NCBI GenBank assembly: GCA_963699155.1
Contig: OY969414.1
Location: forward strand, 779,757 to 843,756
DNA from: an uncultured Chlamydiales bacterium
GTDB lineage: Bacteria > Chlamydiota > Chlamydiia > Chlamydiales > JAAKFR01
Length of the DNA stretch: 64,000 nucleotides
Reading direction: 5' to 3'
Shown here: positions 63,391 through 64,000 of the stretch, piece by piece
Layout of the letters: each line of letters starts with the position of its first letter
How positions within the stretch are numbered: position 1 is the first letter of the stretch
The notes under the pieces: generated by a model
The model's input: the letters and a program-made list of their open reading frames with translations, nothing else
Database searches by the model: none
What the model was told of the DNA's origin: nothing
Translations under genes and position numbers: made by a program

Positions 63391-63640
63391 CTGTAATCCC
63401 CACCTCTTCTAAAAATTTACGCACATTCTCCACAGCATACTTTTTTGCTATTGGCTTTGGGTGCGGCCTATGAAAGACGGCCATTCTTTCTCTAAATTTT
63501 ATCCGGACACGCGATCCATTCCCCTCTTTAATCTGAGCGCCGAGATAAGTCAAAAGAGACTCAATTTCATTCCAGCGAATATCTCCTCTGGTTGGCGTCT
63601 CAAATATGTGTTTTAGCGTTTTCTCTTGGCGCGAGTTCAT
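63383..63640 (-). CDS. hicA: HicA toxin
   Basis: EGNGSRV, FHRPHP. Confidence 0.9.
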   Translation of the reverse strand: MNSRQEKTLKHIFETPTRGDIRWNEIESLLTYLGAQIKEGNGSRVRIKFRERMAVFHRPHPKPIAKKYAVENVRKFLEEVGITDE

Positions 63641-63648
63641 TAGCTTCA

Positions 63649-63677
63649 ATAGTACCACAAAGTGGTATTATCTGGAA
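63649..63677 (-). promoter_or_regulatory. Putative hicAB promoter with palindromic operator
   Basis: TTCCAG-17-TACTAT (TG-extended); TACCAC-aaa-GTGGTA. Confidence 0.6.
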
Positions 63678-63680
63678 ATG

Positions 63681-64000
63681 TTATCTGAGTAAAAGGGGTT
63701 TGAGGGAGGCGAGGAGGGCGGAGGCGCGGGTGTCGCAGGCGGTGATGGCCTTCTGGAGGGCGTGGAGGTCGCTATGGTGGTGTTTGTCGACCACGGAGCA
63801 GTAGAGTTTGATTTTGGGTTCGGTGCCGGAGGGGCGGATGACGAGTTTGGTGCCATCAGCAAGCCAGAGGCGGAGGACGTCGGAATGGGGGAGAAGGAGC
63901 GGCTCTTTGTGGCCCGATTCGAGGTGGAGGGTGGTGCGGTTGAGGTAATCTTCAATTGTGACGACCTGTTTGCCATCGATCTGCTGGAGAGGTTGCGTGC
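63681..64000 (-). CDS. Phosphoglucomutase/phosphomannomutase, 3' part (truncated by window)
   Basis: VIRPSGTEPKIKLY in frame not listed in ORF track. Confidence 0.9.
   Translation of the reverse strand, partial: TQPLQQIDGKQVVTIEDYLNRTTLHLESGHKEPLLLPHSDVLRLWLADGTKLVIRPSGTEPKIKLYCSVVDKHHHSDLHALQKAITACDTRASALLASLKPLLLR

Noticed and set aside
63668..63687. ttatctg duplicate at pgm stop
   Set aside because: Only 7 bp; could be chance.

Overview
Chromosomal window of an environmental Chlamydiota bacterium (CT398/CdsZ, UPF0158/CT429, fused BCKDH E1, long GlyA, Inc-like proteins). A core backbone (dksA, lspA, gmhA, lpxK, icd, kdsD, dapF, clpP, glyA, rnpB, folE, xerC, rnz, lon, rpsU, dnaJ, hprK-ptsH-ptsI, dnaX) is interrupted by short accessory loci: Inc-like orphans, TA modules, a dead IS, MITE-like palindromes and pseudogenes. 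Most notable: (1) core genes flanking many accessory loci become C-rich/G-poor on the strand reading towards the locus, regardless of gene orientation; (2) last codons plus stop of glyA, cdsZ, icd and kdsD are duplicated downstream, including a 44-bp array in which each unit is an 11-codon mini-ORF; (3) a coupled operon of a kinase-like protein and two membrane-anchored ClpB-NBD1-like AAA+ paralogues, one with a degenerate Walker B; (4) short tandem duplications that frameshift an AbiEii toxin and an outer-membrane protein. All calls come from reading the sequence; no searches were run.
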